DNA of 64,000 nt from Geosiphon pyriformis uo1 (taxonomy: Eukaryota; Fungi; Glomeromycota): positions 840,719 to 904,718 of the forward strand of contig JAAOMT010000512.1 of assembly GCA_016748015.1 (NCBI GenBank), written 5' to 3'. The position numbers and the translations under genes are program-made. The notes beneath the pieces are model-generated. The model was not told the origin of the DNA. It searched no databases and worked only from the letters and a program-made list of their open reading frames with translations. Positions 60,214 through 64,000 of the stretch are shown in pieces; the first letter of the stretch is position 1; each line of letters starts with the position of its first letter.

Positions 60214-63200
60214 CCGTTTTATCAGATTTTTTGGGAGTATTCACAATAATTGTGTTAATCATGTTATGATTAATTTTGGCCTAACTGATAAATACTGGAT
60301 GCATGATAGTCTTGACCAAGGTAAGGTGTTCTCTCTTTTGCTGTGGAAGATTTTCTATGATCACCTTTTATGTGAAGTCAAAAGGCAAGAGAGTTTGTGT
60401 AAATACTGTATTGACTCCAAGTTTGTTGCTAAGACTGGCAGGTTAGAAAACCAGAATGGTTTGACTTCATTTTTGGCAGCTGGTGCCTTTGTTGATGACA
60501 CAATATGGGTGGGAAGTAGTCAAGCTGCCACTCAATACATTCTGGACATTGCTAGTAATTTTTTTAGTATAAACAACATCTCTATCAATAACAAAAAGAC
60601 TGTGGTCATTCCTATCAACAAAAGAGTAGGTAAGGCATCACTATCAATAAGTGGTTCACTAATTTTGATTGCTTGTAAAGAGAAATTTCATAGATATCTT
60701 GGAATTTATTTGTTATCTGAGAGTTTGTCCAAGCCCAGTTTGGCAAAGACCCATTTGGATATTAGGTTCTTTGTTAATTTGGTTTTGAAGAAAGCTATTT
60801 TGGACAAGCAGTTTCTCTATCTAGTGTTGGCTGTATTACAGTCCATTGTCAGTTATAGATCTCAGTTTAGTTTTCTTTCTAAGAATGTGTGTATTAAATG
60901 AGACATGTTAATTAGGAAAGATTTAAGGCTTAAGGCTGGACTCCCAAGAAATTTTCCCAACAAGACTCTTCATTATCTATCTTTGTATGGTCTGAAATCT
61001 TTTAAACAGTTGTAGGCCAAATGCAAAGTAGCTTCTGTGCTGAATTTCTCTAATGCTGGTGGACTTCTGGGTCACTTGTTTGTTTACAGGTCTTTTGACC
61101 TGCAAGTTCTGAGTTGGTTGCCTATTCACTCTTTGTGTCGTCCAGTCAGATTACATATCAGCCCAGTCAACAATTTTTTGGCTGGTGTTGTTAAAGTTTT
61201 TTTGAATTGTGATATGTCTTTTGGGAATTTTTCTCATACAGCATTTTGTTTTTCTGGTGGAACACTAATGTCCTCAGTTTTGGGTAATTATTTGTTTTAT
61301 GAGGTTTCACGTTCACTCAAGAGATCTGGAGTTGCTTTTGTCAAACAGCTGTATACCAAAAAAGATTTGGTTTTTGACTGGAAAAGCTTTTGTTGTTGGA
61401 AGAGGCTTAACCCACATGGTTTGGTCTCTCGTTGGTTCAATTTGGCATGTGAATTTCTGGTTTACTCTCTTCATGTTGGTCTACCTGTCATAGAACTTAA
61501 GTTGCAGGATGTTGGTGGTTCGGATGACATTTTTTGTCTGAAACAGAGTCTCATTACTTCCGATTTATGTGTTATTGAGGTCTACACTGATGGTTCTTTG
61601 AAAAATTTTGGTACGCAGAAAATGGGATGTAGCACAGCTGCTTACTTCCCAGATGTGAATCAAGATATTGGCATCAGAGTTGGTGGGTTGGTTTCTTTTA
61701 CTTTAGCTGAATTGCAAGCAATTGCTTTGGCATTAGAGTGTGTTCTTTTTTGCAGTTCTGTTATAATTTATTCAGACAGTCAAGCTGTCTTAGATGTTTG
61801 TGCTGCTGAGTCAATTTTGGCTTTTTCAGACTTCTAAAACCATTGTTGATTGGAGCGGCATGGTATTTTTAATCTGATCAAAAGAAAAGGACTTGGTGTT
61901 TTTTGGCGTAAGATTAAAGAACATTTGGATATTGTGGATAATGAATGTGCTGATAAGTTGGCTGATTTTGCTACAAGCTTGAATTTAGTGCTTCTTGTTT
62001 TGATTAAAGAGATGTTTATTAAGGCTGATGGGGTGGCAGTGTTTGGTAATGTTCAGCATTTTACTAGAAATATTTTTAGATCAGTGAATTGTGTTTGTTA
62101 AGAGGCTGGACCTGGTTCTGCTGTTATTGGCAAAAACATGATTGGCAATGTGGATTGGGTTCGTACTGCTTTGGTCTGGCACCCCAATTCGCACATGACA
62201 GCTGGATTCACCAGCAGGTCTATGGCTGGCCTGCACTTATATTTTTTAAAGGCATTGTATTATTGTTTGCCAGTTGCTGTGCAAAAGCACTTGTATAACA
62301 AAAGTTATCCAAGTGTTCTATGTTTTCATTATGGAGAGGTAGAGAGCTTTAACTACTCTTTTATATATGCATTTGATTTGGGGGTCCATAAGAATCTGCT
62401 TACTTCATATTTGGCCAAATGGCATTCTATGTCTGATGTAGATTTCTATTTGTCTCAGATCTCGCAGATGCTTTCTTTGAGCATTTCTGATGATGTGCTA
62501 TACACCACTTTGGGCAAAGGCTTTTTGTTCAAAGATTGGTATCTGGAAGCTGTATCTGTTTTGGATGATATTAAGTTAGCGAGTAAATTTATTATTGACT
62601 TTGTTTAGAATTTTGGTACTGCTCACCATGCTGATATATGGTTGGTTAAGGCCAAATATAAGACTTTTATAGAAAAATGTGGCTTAATTCCTTATAATGG
62701 TTCTGCTTTTCTTGTTACTCAGGATCTGTTGTCTTCACTTTTGGCTAAGGTGGTTAGATTACTTGGTATTACTAAGGCATTTAATGTTTGTTTTGGTTTT
62801 TGCAACCTTTGCTGTTTCTTTCTGATTTTGATAGAATAGTATCTGTTATGATAGATTCATAGTGTTGCTCTGATTGGTTCAAGTGGCTGGTCATGTGTAG
62901 AAAATGCATAATTTGTGCCTAGTTTAGATCACTTAGTTTGATGTATTGTATTAAGTAATATTTAGGTCTCATTTGTTAAATGTTAATAAAAAAAATATAT
63001 ATATATATAATATTAACTTATAAATTAGTATTATAATTTTATATTTAAATTTAAAAAGTTTAATAATTTAAAAGTTTTGGTAATTGAATTTTTTATATAA
63101 TAAACAAAAATTCAAGTTATAATAACTAATAATACTTAGTGTTTTATTTTTTTAATATAATAACTAATGTTTTTTATTTTTTTAATAAACAATTCAATTA

Positions 63201-64000
63201 TTATTAAGTTAATTTTATGCTTATTTTTGCATTTTTTATTAGGCAATATAATTTTAGTGCTTTTTTTAATGAATTATAAATAATAAATAATAAATAATAA
63301 TAAAAATAATAATAATAATAAAGTATAAAATTAATATTCTATTAATAGTTATGATTATAAATTATTGTTTTAGTATTATTAGATTTTTTGAATAAATGTT
63401 ATTAATATTAGTTAAAAATAAATAATTTTAATTAGATGAATTTTAATTTATAAAATTAGTTAGTAAATAATTAATTATAAATTTTATTAAAAAAAATTTA
63501 TTTCAAATATTAAATTACTAACTTTTAAAATTATTTAATAAAGATCTGATTATTTTTTTTGCTTTTAATATTATCACTATATATACATATTTTTATAAGA
63601 TAAAATTTTTGGAATTCTTAGTAATTTTAATATTTTTCTTAAATTATCACTAAAATTTTTAACATTTCTGAATTTTTAAATTTTTTTTTAATATTATATT
63701 ATTTAATACCTAATATTAAATTTTAAAAGTGCTAATATAAGACATAAATTATATTAATGTGTTATTTTTTATTGACAATATAAAGTATTTTTTACCTTTA
63801 GATTTTCTTGTTATCTTTTGAAAAAAATAATAACTAAAATATTTATGAAACTGATCTTACATATTAAATTCTTATTAATTTAATTCGTTTATCAAAGTTG
63901 AATTACTTTTTTGATTATTTTATTGTAATATAATACTATTTTTCTTGCTATATATTAGTTTATTAATTTGACTGTAATAATATTATATGATATTTAAATA

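Larger units (their letters stand above)
36050..62995 (+). mobile_element. LINE (ORF1 + ORF2 with APE, RT, RNase H and zinc finger), pseudogenised and split by four insertions
   Basis: ORF1 pieces 36173-36650, 44682-46107 and 55821-55847. ORF2 runs from ATG 55844 (MSNLVWKVATCN; TIDYVF; TDYHAV) through RT AFVDDT (~60490) and RH VYTDGS/AELQA/YSDSQ/NECADKLA (61575-61980) to a stop at ~62862, then the tail and poly(A). Reading frames rejoin across the insertions. Confidence 0.9.

Overview
Eukaryotic, intron-rich, very AT-rich fungal DNA. The Gag and LINE ORF1 peptides resemble, from memory, Glomeromycotina proteins such as those of Geosiphon pyriformis; this is inference, not a search result. The window has a short gene block at 1-5045 (SCO1, tRNA-Glu(CTC), TMA7, GWT1) and one isolated HSPA12-like gene at 31123-33366. 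The rest is a nested transposon graveyard decayed by C>T/G>A changes. Left nest: an ORF1-only (HAL1-like) non-LTR element (7440-25421) is split by Gypsy element C (8724-24421), which carries Gypsy element D (11969-17196) and a captured LINE ORF1 piece. Right nest: one LINE with RNase H (~36050-62995) is split by Gypsy A (36651-44681, itself holding a solo LTR), Gypsy B (46108-55820), a Tc1 (56676-58030) and a second solo LTR (59235-60213). The most notable system is this Gypsy lineage. All six insertions have 4-bp TSDs consistent with an ancestral central CpG. Gag appears to start at a conserved CAAAA-GTG non-AUG codon in frame with a later capsid AUG. Pol has a Cys-rich module and a dUTPase between PR and RT. 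Integrase looks like a separate ORF with its own AUG, and a conserved non-env ORF3 sits before the PPT. Separately, the ORF1-only elements share a structured 3' tail with the LINE.
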